DNA of 64,000 nucleotides from the NCBI GenBank assembly GCA_963663405.2, contig CAXXSM010000110.1, positions 64,001-128,000 on the forward strand. The letters are read 5' to 3'. Positions 44,801 through 54,390 of this stretch are shown here, in pieces (within the stretch, counting starts at the first letter, position 1; every line of letters begins with the position of its first letter). A model generated the notes under the pieces. It was not told the origin of the DNA and did no database searches. It saw only the letters and a list, made by a program, of their open reading frames with translations. The DNA comes from a bacterium. Its GTDB lineage: Bacteria > Hinthialibacterota > Hinthialibacteria > Hinthialibacterales > Hinthialibacteraceae. A program made the translations under genes and the position numbers.

Positions 44801-46713
44801 GAAGGGAAAATATCGAAGTCAGTACGGCCGATGATGTCGCCTTTCGACAATCCCACGATTTGACAGAAATTATTGTTTACATAAGTAAATCTCCCTTTTA
44901 CGTCCTTGCGGAAAATATTCTGAGGCAGGTTTTCAACCAGGGAGGAATAGAGCGCCTCTGAGTTTTGTAACGATTGCTCCGCCTGTTTCCGGTCTGTAAT
45001 ATCACGAGCGATCCCCCACAAAAACTCAATCCCCCCATTTTCGTTTGTCGCTACATACGACTGCAATTCGACCGGAAAAAAACGTCCATCTTTGCGGATG
45101 TACTCTTTTTCATAGATGCCAGAATGATGTTTTTTCAGCAACCGCTGTTCCCATATCTCTGTTCGTTCCCATTCACGCCAACGAGCGGGAGTAATCTGAT
45201 AGAAATTCTCTAAATCTCTAAGTTCGTCCAGAGAATAACCCAGCATGTCACAATAGGCCTGATTCGCATCGATAATACGACCGTTCGTATCGACCATCAC
45301 ATACCCATCCCGGCTACTTTCAAAAATCTCTCGATAGCGCTTCTGGTTAACGTGGAACCGTTTCTCGATTTCAATCTTATGTAGCGCAAAAGAGAGATCA
45401 TCAGCGATTTCTTTTAGGAGTCGCTGTTCTTCTGTGTCAGAGGCATACGTTTTGGGAACCGATACGACGAGAGTTCCGGATACATGGCCTTCAAAAGCGA
45501 GACGGCTAGTCAGCCCAGCCCGATCCGCATAGGTGCAGGCCAGTGGGCAGTTGAAACATTCAGAGGATGGATCCTTCACAATTATAAGATCGTCTTGTTT
45601 TTGTGCTTGGGTTATACAAAAAGGGAGTTCTCCTCGTTCGAGACATTCCTTCATACCATTAAAATCTCCGTTGAATCCAGAGGAAACCACCTCTTTCACT
45701 GTAGAGCCGGTTTCGTTAAATAGAACGATCCAGGCGTTATAGAATCCTCGCGTTTCAGTCATATTCGCGCAGGCTCGTTCCACCAACCGTCTTGGCTCGC
45801 TCTCGTTGACAATGAGTTGATTGATGTTGCGAATCGCCGCGAGCACTCGATTCTGGTGGTTTAAACGTTCGGTAAGATGGGCTCGTTGTCTGATAAAGCG
45901 CGCGATGATCACTGCACCGATGAGTGATATGATCACATACAGAAACCGCATGATGAATTCATGCTGTCCCGCCTCAAGAATGGCCACTTTCCAAAAGGTT
46001 TTCCCCGGACTGAAAATAAGGTAATCAATGACTGAATCGATTAACCATAAAATGGCTCCGGCTAGTATGCCGTAAGTGATTATCAATGTAGTCTCAGACT
46101 GACCGGGCCTTGCCCGCAATCCAAAGAAGCGGCGTACAGGGCCTAAGTTAATCGTGGCATAGGCGGTCAAAAGCAAAATATAAGCCGAGAGAGAATGTTT
46201 TATGACGACCGTGTGAATCCAGGCGCTAGGAACATCATTCAAGATAATCGCTGGATTCCAGGGGGGTGGATTTAAGGAGACGAGCCAAGGGAAAACCGTA
46301 TAGAATCCGAATTCGATGATAAGCCGGAAAGGGATTTCCACGACCAGCGCGGATTCATACCAGGGATGATTCTCTTGACGGCGATCGGCCCACCAACCAT
46401 GCCACAGTATCCATAAGGTGAATACCGGCACAGCATACAAAATCCCCCAGCCGTCGGATTTCCAAAGCCACCACATACTCTGACAACCACCGGCCAATGC
46501 GGATAAGAAACCATAACGCCACCCCCATGCCAGAGCCACAATCAAGGGGAAAAAGAGACCGGCTAATATACTGACTTTAAAATCAGCGGATTCGAACAGT
46601 TTCAAATCCAAGAAATTGACGGCGAAGCCGATAAGGCCAAACAAGACGGAGATAATAAGCCGATAGTAAGAAATTGTATTGCCATTGTTTGGATGGCGAT
46701 TTATACTCTCCAT
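41842..46713 (-). CDS. Membrane hybrid histidine kinase: multi-TM sensor + Cys-rich GAF + 5 PAS + GAF + HisKA-HATPase-REC
   Basis: Trp-rich multi-TM N-terminus, PAS/PAC repeats, GRLAGGIAHDFNN and REC. The C-terminal ~380 aa are nearly identical to those of 35936-41431. Confidence 0.93.
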   Translation of the reverse strand: MESINRHPNNGNTISYYRLIISVLFGLIGFAVNFLDLKLFESADFKVSILAGLFFPLIVALAWGWRYGFLSALAGGCQSMWWLWKSDGWGILYAVPVFTLWILWHGWWADRRQENHPWYESALVVEIPFRLIIEFGFYTVFPWLVSLNPPPWNPAIILNDVPSAWIHTVVIKHSLSAYILLLTAYATINLGPVRRFFGLRARPGQSETTLIITYGILAGAILWLIDSVIDYLIFSPGKTFWKVAILEAGQHEFIMRFLYVIISLIGAVIIARFIRQRAHLTERLNHQNRVLAAIRNINQLIVNESEPRRLVERACANMTETRGFYNAWIVLFNETGSTVKEVVSSGFNGDFNGMKECLERGELPFCITQAQKQDDLIIVKDPSSECFNCPLACTYADRAGLTSRLAFEGHVSGTLVVSVPKTYASDTEEQRLLKEIADDLSFALHKIEIEKRFHVNQKRYREIFESSRDGYVMVDTNGRIIDANQAYCDMLGYSLDELRDLENFYQITPARWREWERTEIWEQRLLKKHHSGIYEKEYIRKDGRFFPVELQSYVATNENGGIEFLWGIARDITDRKQAEQSLQNSEALYSSLVENLPQNIFRKDVKGRFTYVNNNFCQIVGLSKGDIIGRTDFDIFPSELAEKYQRDDRRVMESEELFETVEENVSTGGEQTFVQVIKSPLRNSEGAMIGLQGIFWDITENKKAGEILQESEERLRILFEKAADPIYISKLDGQLIQVNEQACRVTGYTREELLRMNVTDIDSETTPDTLTKFYESIAPDQPVAIESYHKRKDGALYPVEITISRMEIPNTIQFMGFARDITDRKRAEEALREGELRFRMIIESLPVGVFAHDMDGRLILINEVSCQDTGYSRDELLSMTVNDIDHSSLSRDARIDLWHKLKTGQARMIGTKHTRKDGSRYPTEIYRSAVILSGKRIVLAIAFDISDQVERETIYAKILETTNDGFWIVNEEGCVLEANPAAAKMLGYSVEEMKALSIGDINPLETCDDTKRRMDYLRDQGYQRFETRHRHKDGNLIDVEVSVSFSHFGKDRFVVFIRDITDRKHAEKELLYHQRTISLNNRIANVFLTSGQEDMYAEALDVILNALESRFGYFGYIDDSGDLICPSVTRDGWNSSQKNNKHFVYPKSSWGGFWVQSLIEKKPFLKNESLHSPVGNMELENVLSEPIIHRDKLIGHYLIANKPGGYSPEDQALLESVAVQTAPVLSALLEENRQKQEHEKLEAQYRQAQKMEAVGRLAGGIAHDFNNMLMVINGHAEIAQTNVSPSQPLYENLQEIKKAAQRSADLTRQLLAFARKQTVSPKVLNLNDTVEGMLKMLQRLIGEDIDLAWAPGTDLWQVKMDTSQIDQILANLCVNARDAIAGIGKVTIETGNVRFDEEYCSEHAGFTLGEYVQLAVSDNGCGMDKDTLAQVFDPFFTTKKHGEGTGLGLATVYGVVKQNGGFINVYSEPGQGTAFKIYFPRHTGEEDALQVKRDIKTDSRGSETVLLVEDEPSLQNLGAKVLERLGYRVLATSNPLHAIELAENHSGEIDLLLTDVIMPEMNGRDLADTLKAQFPNLKILFMSGYPDNVIDHHGILDKGVNFLEKPFMPESLTMKVRGILDSP

Positions 46714-46809
46714 TTTAATTCCTCATTACAAACTCCTGCGAATCTATCCATGAATCCGTTGCTTCCCATTTGGCATCGTATGAATCAACTTCGCATTCTT
46801 CCCGATATT

Positions 46810-47445
46810 TTATTCCTTCATGGCCTGCTGATACTTACGATTTGGATTGAGCAAGTGCGAGTAATGCTTCTCCGCGCATTCCGGACACAGGCTATGGCTC
46901 AACATCACATCCAAATTCTTGCTCAAATAATCCTCCAACCGTTCCCAACATTCATGGTCGTTGCGGATTTTATGACAGTGCATACAGATCGGTAAAAGGC
47001 CCTGGAGAGTTTTGATATGCTCCATGGCTTCTTCGAGTTCCTGAATGCGTTCCTCCAGCGCCATTTCTAAAGCGACGACCTGCTCGCCGACTTGGATCCT
47101 CGACAACAATTCCTGGATATCAAACGGTTTCGTAATGTAATCGTGCGCGCCCGCTTGTAGCCCATGAACAATGTCCGCTTTGTTATCGCGGGACGTGACA
47201 AGTATCCGGTAGGGAATATTCCGGGATGACGCCTGCGCGATATTTCGGCAGATTTCGATCCCCTCCATCCCCGGCATCATCCAGTCGATGATCGCCAAAG
47301 GCGGAAACTCGTTATTCTCATAGAGAGCCCAGGCGGCTTCACCCGAAGCGGCTTCAATCACCTCATAACCCCATTCCGTCAGCTTTTTTTTGAGCATATG
47401 GCGAATCGAACGGCTGTCATCCGCGACTAAGATCTGTTTCCGCAT
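46810..47445 (-). CDS. Response regulator with C-terminal CxxC...HxxCxxC domain
   Basis: REC (VADD, IDWMMP, DYITKPF) followed by LLPICMHCHKIRND...LSHSLCPEC. Confidence 0.9.
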   Translation of the reverse strand: MRKQILVADDSRSIRHMLKKKLTEWGYEVIEAASGEAAWALYENNEFPPLAIIDWMMPGMEGIEICRNIAQASSRNIPYRILVTSRDNKADIVHGLQAGAHDYITKPFDIQELLSRIQVGEQVVALEMALEERIQELEEAMEHIKTLQGLLPICMHCHKIRNDHECWERLEDYLSKNLDVMLSHSLCPECAEKHYSHLLNPNRKYQQAMKE

Positions 47446-47836
47446 ATTTTTTTCCTGCTGATTCGTTTCCCTGTAATCGTTTTGTAATTTGGGCTCTGAA
47501 ATAGGAGGGCGAATACGGTTTTTTGATAATATCCGTCACTCCATTCTCGATCGCGCGTTCGATTTTTCTTTCGTCCGACTCGTCCGTGCAAAGAATGATG
47601 GGCTGAATAAATCCTCTTGCCCGGAGAATGACCGTAGCTTCATATCCCGTCAGTTCCGGCATATGCCAATCGGTTAACACCAAGTCGAACGGTTTGGACA
47701 ACGCTTTTTCAAGCAATTCTTTTCCATTACACGCTTCCTCGATTTCAATAATTCCACATTGTCTCAAATTGTTGCTATGGCATTTCCGAATATCCTCAAA
47801 ATCATCGGCCACCAAGATTCGATAGGGATTTGACAC
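47417..47836 (-). CDS. Single-domain CheY-like response regulator
   Basis: VADD, LTDWHMP and IKKP motifs. Probable GTG start at 47836 after AGGAG. Confidence 0.85.
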   Translation of the reverse strand: MSNPYRILVADDFEDIRKCHSNNLRQCGIIEIEEACNGKELLEKALSKPFDLVLTDWHMPELTGYEATVILRARGFIQPIILCTDESDERKIERAIENGVTDIIKKPYSPSYFRAQITKRLQGNESAGKKYAETDLSRG

Positions 47837-47847
47837 GATTTCTCCTT

Positions 47848-50800
47848 CTAATTTTGATCGGACTCGTTCTCGTTGAATTGGTCTTGAATAGCGCCGCACA
47901 ATTCCTGACAGGCGGTTTCGAGCCGCTTTACCTGTTTCTGGACTTGATCCATCGCATTCTCCCGCGCATTGCGTTCCATTGTTTGAGCGATCTCTCGCAA
48001 CAAACTCGCCCCAATATTGGCCGCCTCCCCTTTGATCGTATGCGCGTAACGTTCCACGTCTTTTTTCTCGTCCCGATCTAAGCTTGTTTTCAAGGCCTGC
48101 ACGATTTCCGGAAGATCCTCCAATACCAAAGAGATGACTTCCCGGGCGGTTTCTTCATCGCCTCCCGCATTCCGTACGGCTTCCTCCCAATTTAGGACTG
48201 GTTGGCTGGATGTATTTTTTCCTGTCATACTGTCATCACGCGTTCTCAATTTATCAAACTGATCCAGGGGAGAATCCGGAGAGATTTTCTCTGTTATAGA
48301 TGCCGATTGGAGGGAAATCGGAGAAACTTCATGATTGGTTTGTTTCAAAAACGATTCGATCTTTTCAACTAAATCGTGGGGATTCACGGGTTTGGTCAAA
48401 AAATCATCCATCCCAGCGCGGATGCATTCATCCCGGCTTTCGTCCATGGCGTTCGCCGTCATTGCGATAATGGGAATCTGATGATTGAGGACCGGAGACT
48501 CCGTGCGCCGGATCGTCCGCGTGGCTTCGTAGCCATCCATGACGGGCATTTGACAATCCATGAGAACGATTTCATAGGAATGGGCGCTTAAGCGATCGAT
48601 CGCTTCCTTGCCATTCGAAGCGATCTCCACCTGAAAGCCATATTTTTTCAGGATCGATGAGGCGACCAGCTGGTTGGTCCGGTCGTCTTCGACGAGCAAA
48701 ATACGGCGGTGTTGTTTTTTCGCTTCGGCGATTGTGTGTTTGGTGATTATGCCATCTCTTACTTCCGGCCGCTCTTGTTTTTGTAAACCCAGCGCCAACG
48801 CCAGGCAATCGTGAAGTTGAGTTTGACGAATCGGTTTGGGGAGATAACCCGTAAATCCAATCCGTTCGAATTCTTTGGCGTCTCCTCTCCCGGCGATCGA
48901 GGTCAGCATGATCAATATGGTTTTCTCGATCGCCGGTTCGGATTTGATTTGAACGCCCAATGTTTTCCCATCCATGACCGGCATTTGATAATCAATCAGA
49001 GCAACTTGATACGGGATTCCCGATTCGGCCGCTTTTCGAAGCTGGGTAAGCGCTTCCTCGCCGTTCACCGCTTCGCCGTATTGACAGCCCCAGGACTGAA
49101 GCAGTGTCGAGACTAAAAGCCGGTTCGATTCATGGTCGTCAATAATTAAGACTTTGACGCCGCGGAGTTCAGAAAAATGGGATTCGCTGGTTGGTTCCTT
49201 CTCTGTCTGTTTCTCAAACACCGCCGTAAACCAAAAAGCCGATCCGTTTCCTTGCTCGCTCTCCACGCCGATCTGCCCCCCCATCAGCCGGGTTAATTCT
49301 TTGGAAATGCTGAGCCCCAATCCCGTCCCCCCATGTTTACGCGTCGTGGATTGATCGGCTTGCGTGAAAGGGGAAAACAACGATTCCCGGCGGTGAAGAG
49401 GGATGCCAATCCCCGTATCCGTGATCGTGAAACGCACAGTGACCGATTCCGCGGTTTCTTCTTCTAATTCCACCGCTAAAGAAACTTCCCCAACAGACGT
49501 GAATTTTATTGCATTGCCGCATAGGTTAATCAGAATCTGCCGTAACCGGCCTGGATCCCCACGGAGAAGGGAAGGAATTTCAGGTTTGATTAGATATGTA
49601 AACTCCAATCCTTTTTCCTGCGCCCGCAAGGCCTGCATCTCCACCACGTCTTCAATGGTAAGCCGAAGATCGAAATTCAAAGTCTCCAATTCGATCTTCC
49701 CCGCTTCAATTTTTGAAAAATCTAGAATGTCGTTAATCAGCCTCAGCAGCGATTCGCCGCTGGAGCGCACGATTTCGGCGTAACGATATTGCTCCTTGGT
49801 GAGTTCTGTTTCCAGTAATAAACCCGTCATCCCAATGACCGCGTTCATGGGGGTGCGAATCTCGTGGCTCATATTGGCTAGGAACACACTCTTCGCTTGA
49901 GTCGCTTTTTCCGCCTTGTTACGCGCATAATCCAATTCGATGTTTTTCAATTCCATTTCGCGCGCAAACGCGTCCAGGTTCTGAGACACCTTCTCCGCTT
50001 CTTCCCGCGCCTCGACCAATTCCGTCACATCGATGAAGGATTCAATCCCCCCTGTACTATGCCCCGCTTCGTCATGGATCAGATCCGCGTTTTTAAGGAT
50101 GATCAGACGGCGGCCGTCTTTCGCGCGAATCGAGCATTGTTTGCGGTAGATCGGATCTATACGATCGGGATTATAAAGTCCACACATCGTCATGCAGGGC
50201 TCTCCCCTTAACATCTGGCAATGCCGCCCTACTGTTTCTTCTTCACTGTATCCCGTCAGGGTAGAGAACTCACGATTGACGCTTGTGATGATCATGTTAG
50301 GATCGACTGTGAAGACGGCTGTGGCGGCGGTATCCAGTATGCGCCGCTGAAAATTCTGCGCGGCGCGGCGCTCATGCTCGATACGCTTGCGGTCCGAAAT
50401 GTCACGCAGGATACCGATGGCGTGCCATTGGCCTTTGATTCGGGCCGCTGAAAGAGAGAGTTCCACAGGGATTTGTGCGCCGTTTTTGTGCAACCCGTAC
50501 AGTTCCACTGTTTTCCCAATGGCCGCGCCCTGACCACTAACGCGGAATTGGGCGAAGGCTTCTTGATAGGCCGATCGGTAGTTATCTGGAGCGAGAACCT
50601 CGTGGAGAACCAGATGCAGCGTTTCTTCCGCGGTGTATCCGAAAATCCGTTCAGCGCTCTTGTTCCAATGGATGACTTTGCCATCGTTGTCAATCATCAC
50701 AATCGCTTCCTGCGCCGATTGGCTAATCGCGGATAATACCGTTTCCCTCTCCCGCAGTTCCTCCTCGGCTCGTTTACTCGCTGTAATATCTTTGTCTACA

Positions 50801-53205
50801 CCGCGATACCCCATAAGGTTTCCTTCGTTGTCAAAACGAGGAACGCCGTTTGTCAACAGGTAGACTTCCCGTCCATCTTTCGAACGGTTCAAATTCTCCA
50901 ATTCAACAATAGGTTTTTCTTCTTCTATAATTTGTGTGTATATCGTGGATACGCGCTCGATCTCTTTTTCCGGCATGAAGTCAAATGGCGTTTTCCCTAA
51001 CAGTTCTTCGGGCGCGTAGCCCATGATTGTATCCATTCCACTCGAGACATAGGTATAACGGCCTTGCGCGCCGGTTTCCCAGATCCAATCCGAGGTGCTT
51101 TGCGCGATATCCCGAAAACGCTCTTCGCTCTCGCGTAATTCTTTCTCCACTTGTTTTCGTCTTGTGATGTCCACCGCGATCCCCAGAAATCCAGTGATTT
51201 CCCCTTTTTTATTGCGAATGGCCGTCACGTTCAGGCTGACATAGATCAACTCCCCATTTTTTTTTCTATAAGTCCACTCGCTTTCCTCACTACCGTTTTC
51301 CCGCGCTTTCAAAACAAAGACTTCGAAACCGGTTACAGGCCGGCCGTACTCCTGGCTCAGTTCCCTCCCACGAGTTCTGATTTCCGATTCCAGATGAAAA
51401 ATGGCGGGGGTCTGTTTGCCGGCCATTTCATCCGCGCTGTACCCCAACATACGTTCTGCGCCGGTATTGAATATTGTGATCAATCCCTCCGGATCAGACG
51501 CGATGATTGAAACCTGCAAAGCGGAATCGAGAACACTCCGTAAACGTCTTTCGCTCTCGGCTAACTCGGTTTGTTGTTTTTGGATCCCCAGATCCGTTCG
51601 GCGCAACACGATATACAGAAAACACATCAGAGCTGAAAAAAGAACAAGCGCTCCCCCCGGCACGATGGCAAGAAGCTGGTTTAAGGTTTTTTTTTCTTGG
51701 CTGATATCATACAGGACGATCAGATCCCCCACTGCGGCGCCGGAGACATCCTCGATCGGGCTGACCATGACGCGCCATTGTTTATCGTTGAATTCAGTTT
51801 CAACGTTCACAGTCCGATGGATATGGCCTTCTTCATCAACGAAACGATCGCATGCGGATGGAAAATGCGGCAGGGATGAATAGATGAATACAACATCGGG
51901 GTACCGATCCCAATCGGCGTCCCGTCCGAGCATCTTCATCCCCTTTTGCCACTGCTCTCGATGCAATGCGGTCTTTCGAATAGCCACCGCCAGTTCGAGA
52001 TCCGGTTCGGCGTGAATACCGGCCAAAGCGTCCTCGATCTCTTTACCCAGTTCTAAGTATCCTAGGAGAGCGCCACCGTCGAAAACGGGCCGTACGGCTC
52101 GCAGTGTAAAAGTGCCCAATGGCCCCAATTCGATACCGGAAACCGTTATCCCAGTATGCTCCGCCTCAAGCGCTGTGTAACGTTCGATCCGGTCGCCGTA
52201 CGTTTCCGGTTTATGAACGCGGAGCAGGTTGATCCGGCCGGGAGAATGGAAATAGAAATGTGTAATACCATAGTGTTCTCGTAACTGAGCGAAAAGCGGT
52301 TTGTATTCCGCAAGCAGCCGTTCCCGATCCTGCGCTTTGAGCGAGCCGCGCAGTTTATTTTCGTTGACCAGAACCTGCCCCAAGGCGGACAACTCTTCCG
52401 ATTGATTCGCGAGTGATTTCTTCAGCTGGGCTGAAGTGGTTTTCAATGTTTGTTGGCAAGATTGATCCAGATTTCTGTACTGTAACTTGATTAAAATGAT
52501 GCCGAAACCAGCGACGAGAAGAAACAATACGGTTGATAACGGGATCAGTAAACGGCGTTGAACCGGCTTGACAGAGATAGAAGCGCTGGATTGTGGAGCC
52601 ACGAGTCCAGAAGCCAACAGAATCAACACGATCAACACCAAGCCGGCAGGCGGAGATATACGAGCGGCAATATCCCACATCCAGTCCTCCGCCTTGCTCT
52701 CCATGACGAATATTGCCATCGGCTCGCCGGTTTCTGGATCGAGTAGAGGGATCTGCGCCGCGATCCACGTCCCTGATCGATCGGTGACAGGACCTGCCAC
52801 ATACGCCGTTAGAGTATCGCCGGTATGATCGGTTTCTGGGATTATCCCTTCGTGAATCTGTCCGGTGGACGAATCTTCTTTCGAATTCTCCGGTTCACTG
52901 TCCTCGATGAAGTAAGCCTTCCCATCCGGTTGAAGGCCCAGGAGATAAATAAGCCGGCATTTCTCATTCGCTTGTTTGGCGCGCGCTAATCGTTCCTTGA
53001 GTTTTAAATAATCCGGTGAGTTAAGGTCAACCGTTGCGCCGGATAGCGTCTGGACACGTTTTAGATCCACGGCTCCCACGGCGGCCCGCGCCTCCTGGAG
53101 CGCTTCCTTACGCAGTTGCCGGCCGGTTATCTGAACTTGCCAACAAATAAAGAGCCAACCCGTTATAACTATTAGAAAAAAGAATCCTCTTTGCCGCCAA
53201 TTCAT
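47848..53205 (-). CDS. Unorthodox hybrid kinase: two periplasmic (Cache-like) sensor regions, 4 PAS, HisKA-HATPase, 2 REC, Hpt
   Basis: FLANMSHEIRTPMN, GDPGRLRQILINL, HGGTGLGL, two REC domains (IDYQMP, MDCQMP) and Hpt AHTIKGEA. Confidence 0.94.
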   Translation of the reverse strand: MNWRQRGFFFLIVITGWLFICWQVQITGRQLRKEALQEARAAVGAVDLKRVQTLSGATVDLNSPDYLKLKERLARAKQANEKCRLIYLLGLQPDGKAYFIEDSEPENSKEDSSTGQIHEGIIPETDHTGDTLTAYVAGPVTDRSGTWIAAQIPLLDPETGEPMAIFVMESKAEDWMWDIAARISPPAGLVLIVLILLASGLVAPQSSASISVKPVQRRLLIPLSTVLFLLVAGFGIILIKLQYRNLDQSCQQTLKTTSAQLKKSLANQSEELSALGQVLVNENKLRGSLKAQDRERLLAEYKPLFAQLREHYGITHFYFHSPGRINLLRVHKPETYGDRIERYTALEAEHTGITVSGIELGPLGTFTLRAVRPVFDGGALLGYLELGKEIEDALAGIHAEPDLELAVAIRKTALHREQWQKGMKMLGRDADWDRYPDVVFIYSSLPHFPSACDRFVDEEGHIHRTVNVETEFNDKQWRVMVSPIEDVSGAAVGDLIVLYDISQEKKTLNQLLAIVPGGALVLFSALMCFLYIVLRRTDLGIQKQQTELAESERRLRSVLDSALQVSIIASDPEGLITIFNTGAERMLGYSADEMAGKQTPAIFHLESEIRTRGRELSQEYGRPVTGFEVFVLKARENGSEESEWTYRKKNGELIYVSLNVTAIRNKKGEITGFLGIAVDITRRKQVEKELRESEERFRDIAQSTSDWIWETGAQGRYTYVSSGMDTIMGYAPEELLGKTPFDFMPEKEIERVSTIYTQIIEEEKPIVELENLNRSKDGREVYLLTNGVPRFDNEGNLMGYRGVDKDITASKRAEEELRERETVLSAISQSAQEAIVMIDNDGKVIHWNKSAERIFGYTAEETLHLVLHEVLAPDNYRSAYQEAFAQFRVSGQGAAIGKTVELYGLHKNGAQIPVELSLSAARIKGQWHAIGILRDISDRKRIEHERRAAQNFQRRILDTAATAVFTVDPNMIITSVNREFSTLTGYSEEETVGRHCQMLRGEPCMTMCGLYNPDRIDPIYRKQCSIRAKDGRRLIILKNADLIHDEAGHSTGGIESFIDVTELVEAREEAEKVSQNLDAFAREMELKNIELDYARNKAEKATQAKSVFLANMSHEIRTPMNAVIGMTGLLLETELTKEQYRYAEIVRSSGESLLRLINDILDFSKIEAGKIELETLNFDLRLTIEDVVEMQALRAQEKGLEFTYLIKPEIPSLLRGDPGRLRQILINLCGNAIKFTSVGEVSLAVELEEETAESVTVRFTITDTGIGIPLHRRESLFSPFTQADQSTTRKHGGTGLGLSISKELTRLMGGQIGVESEQGNGSAFWFTAVFEKQTEKEPTSESHFSELRGVKVLIIDDHESNRLLVSTLLQSWGCQYGEAVNGEEALTQLRKAAESGIPYQVALIDYQMPVMDGKTLGVQIKSEPAIEKTILIMLTSIAGRGDAKEFERIGFTGYLPKPIRQTQLHDCLALALGLQKQERPEVRDGIITKHTIAEAKKQHRRILLVEDDRTNQLVASSILKKYGFQVEIASNGKEAIDRLSAHSYEIVLMDCQMPVMDGYEATRTIRRTESPVLNHQIPIIAMTANAMDESRDECIRAGMDDFLTKPVNPHDLVEKIESFLKQTNHEVSPISLQSASITEKISPDSPLDQFDKLRTRDDSMTGKNTSSQPVLNWEEAVRNAGGDEETAREVISLVLEDLPEIVQALKTSLDRDEKKDVERYAHTIKGEAANIGASLLREIAQTMERNARENAMDQVQKQVKRLETACQELCGAIQDQFNENESDQN

Positions 53206-53229
53206 AGTAAGACAATCCTGATTGAATGG

Positions 53230-54390
53230 TTATCCGAACACCTGCTTCTCTTCTGTTTTTGGCTTCAGCGCGCCTAATTCCTTGATTAAACTGGTGGCGC
53301 GTTTTCCGGCTTCATCGATTTGGATGAGTTTTTGATAGGTGGGGCCGTTTTCATGAACATCGTTCATCGCGAGACAGGTATAGCCTAAAATCGCAGTCAA
53401 TATATTATTTAAGTCATGAGCGATTTTCCCGGCCTGGTTACTCCTCGTCTCCATCTCCTGGGGATGGAGTGGAAGAAATTCATGTTCGATTCCGCCCGGG
53501 ACGCCGCGGCCTACTTTGACATAATAAATAATCGCGCCCGTCCGATTTCGAATGGGCGCGATTACGGCTTCTTCTTCGTAAATGGATTGATCCTTTTTTT
53601 TATTTGCGAACCAACCTCTCCAAATCTTTCCCTGCGCAATCGTATCCCACAGAGCGCGCCCAAAGGATTCGTCGTGTTTTCCACTCCGAAAAAGATACGG
53701 TGTTTGGCCTGTCAGTTCATGGAGAGAGAATCCTGTCATGCGCTGGAAGGCAGGATTGACATATTGGATCACTCCGTTGGAATCAGTGATGACGATCGTG
53801 TCTGAAATAAACTCAGCCACCTCTAATAGCCCCCTCCATTTTTCTTCGATTTGTTCCTGCGCTTCAAGTTCTTTATGTAATTGCTGTAATTTGGCGGTAG
53901 TATGCGCTAAGCCAGCGATGCCTTCTTCCTTCCGCCGTACTAATTCGTCAAGCGCGATTCGCAGCGCTTTTTCGGCGAACTTTCGGCGAATAATATTCCT
54001 CAAACGTATCCGCAGTATCTCCCGCTCGACAGGTTTCGTGATGAAATCATCCACACCTTCTTGGATGATTTTCAAGGACGAATGACAATCGTCCGCATTT
54101 GCCAGTATGAGAACGGCGCTGTTCTTCGCCGTTGGGCTGGCGCGCAGCCGGCGGCAAACCTCGTACCCGTTCATCTCCGGCGCCGTCACGTCCAGCAAGA
54201 CCGCGTCAGGCGAAAACGCTTCTGCGTTTCGCAGCGCTTCTGATCCGTTGGCCGCAAAGACGAGATTGTAATTCTCTTCCTTGAGCATCGATTCGACCAT
54301 TCCTCGTGAATTCCGGTCATTGTCCACGATTAGAATGGAGCCGTTGGATCCGTGATTGGATTGCGTTATCGCTGTCTGTTCCACCGGCAT
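53230..54390 (-). CDS. REC-PAS-HisKA protein lacking a HATPase domain
   Basis: REC (LLDVTAPEMNG, DDFITKP), PAS (YVNPAF..MTG), H-box AGKIAHDLNNIL, then stop. Start ATG 54390 after GGAGG. Confidence 0.8.
   Translation of the reverse strand: MPVEQTAITQSNHGSNGSILIVDNDRNSRGMVESMLKEENYNLVFAANGSEALRNAEAFSPDAVLLDVTAPEMNGYEVCRRLRASPTAKNSAVLILANADDCHSSLKIIQEGVDDFITKPVEREILRIRLRNIIRRKFAEKALRIALDELVRRKEEGIAGLAHTTAKLQQLHKELEAQEQIEEKWRGLLEVAEFISDTIVITDSNGVIQYVNPAFQRMTGFSLHELTGQTPYLFRSGKHDESFGRALWDTIAQGKIWRGWFANKKKDQSIYEEEAVIAPIRNRTGAIIYYVKVGRGVPGGIEHEFLPLHPQEMETRSNQAGKIAHDLNNILTAILGYTCLAMNDVHENGPTYQKLIQIDEAGKRATSLIKELGALKPKTEEKQVFG

Noticed and set aside
46968-46990. CMHCH as a c-type heme-binding motif
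   Set aside because: The protein is a cytoplasmic response regulator with no export signal, and the motif is part of a CxxC...HxxCxxC domain.
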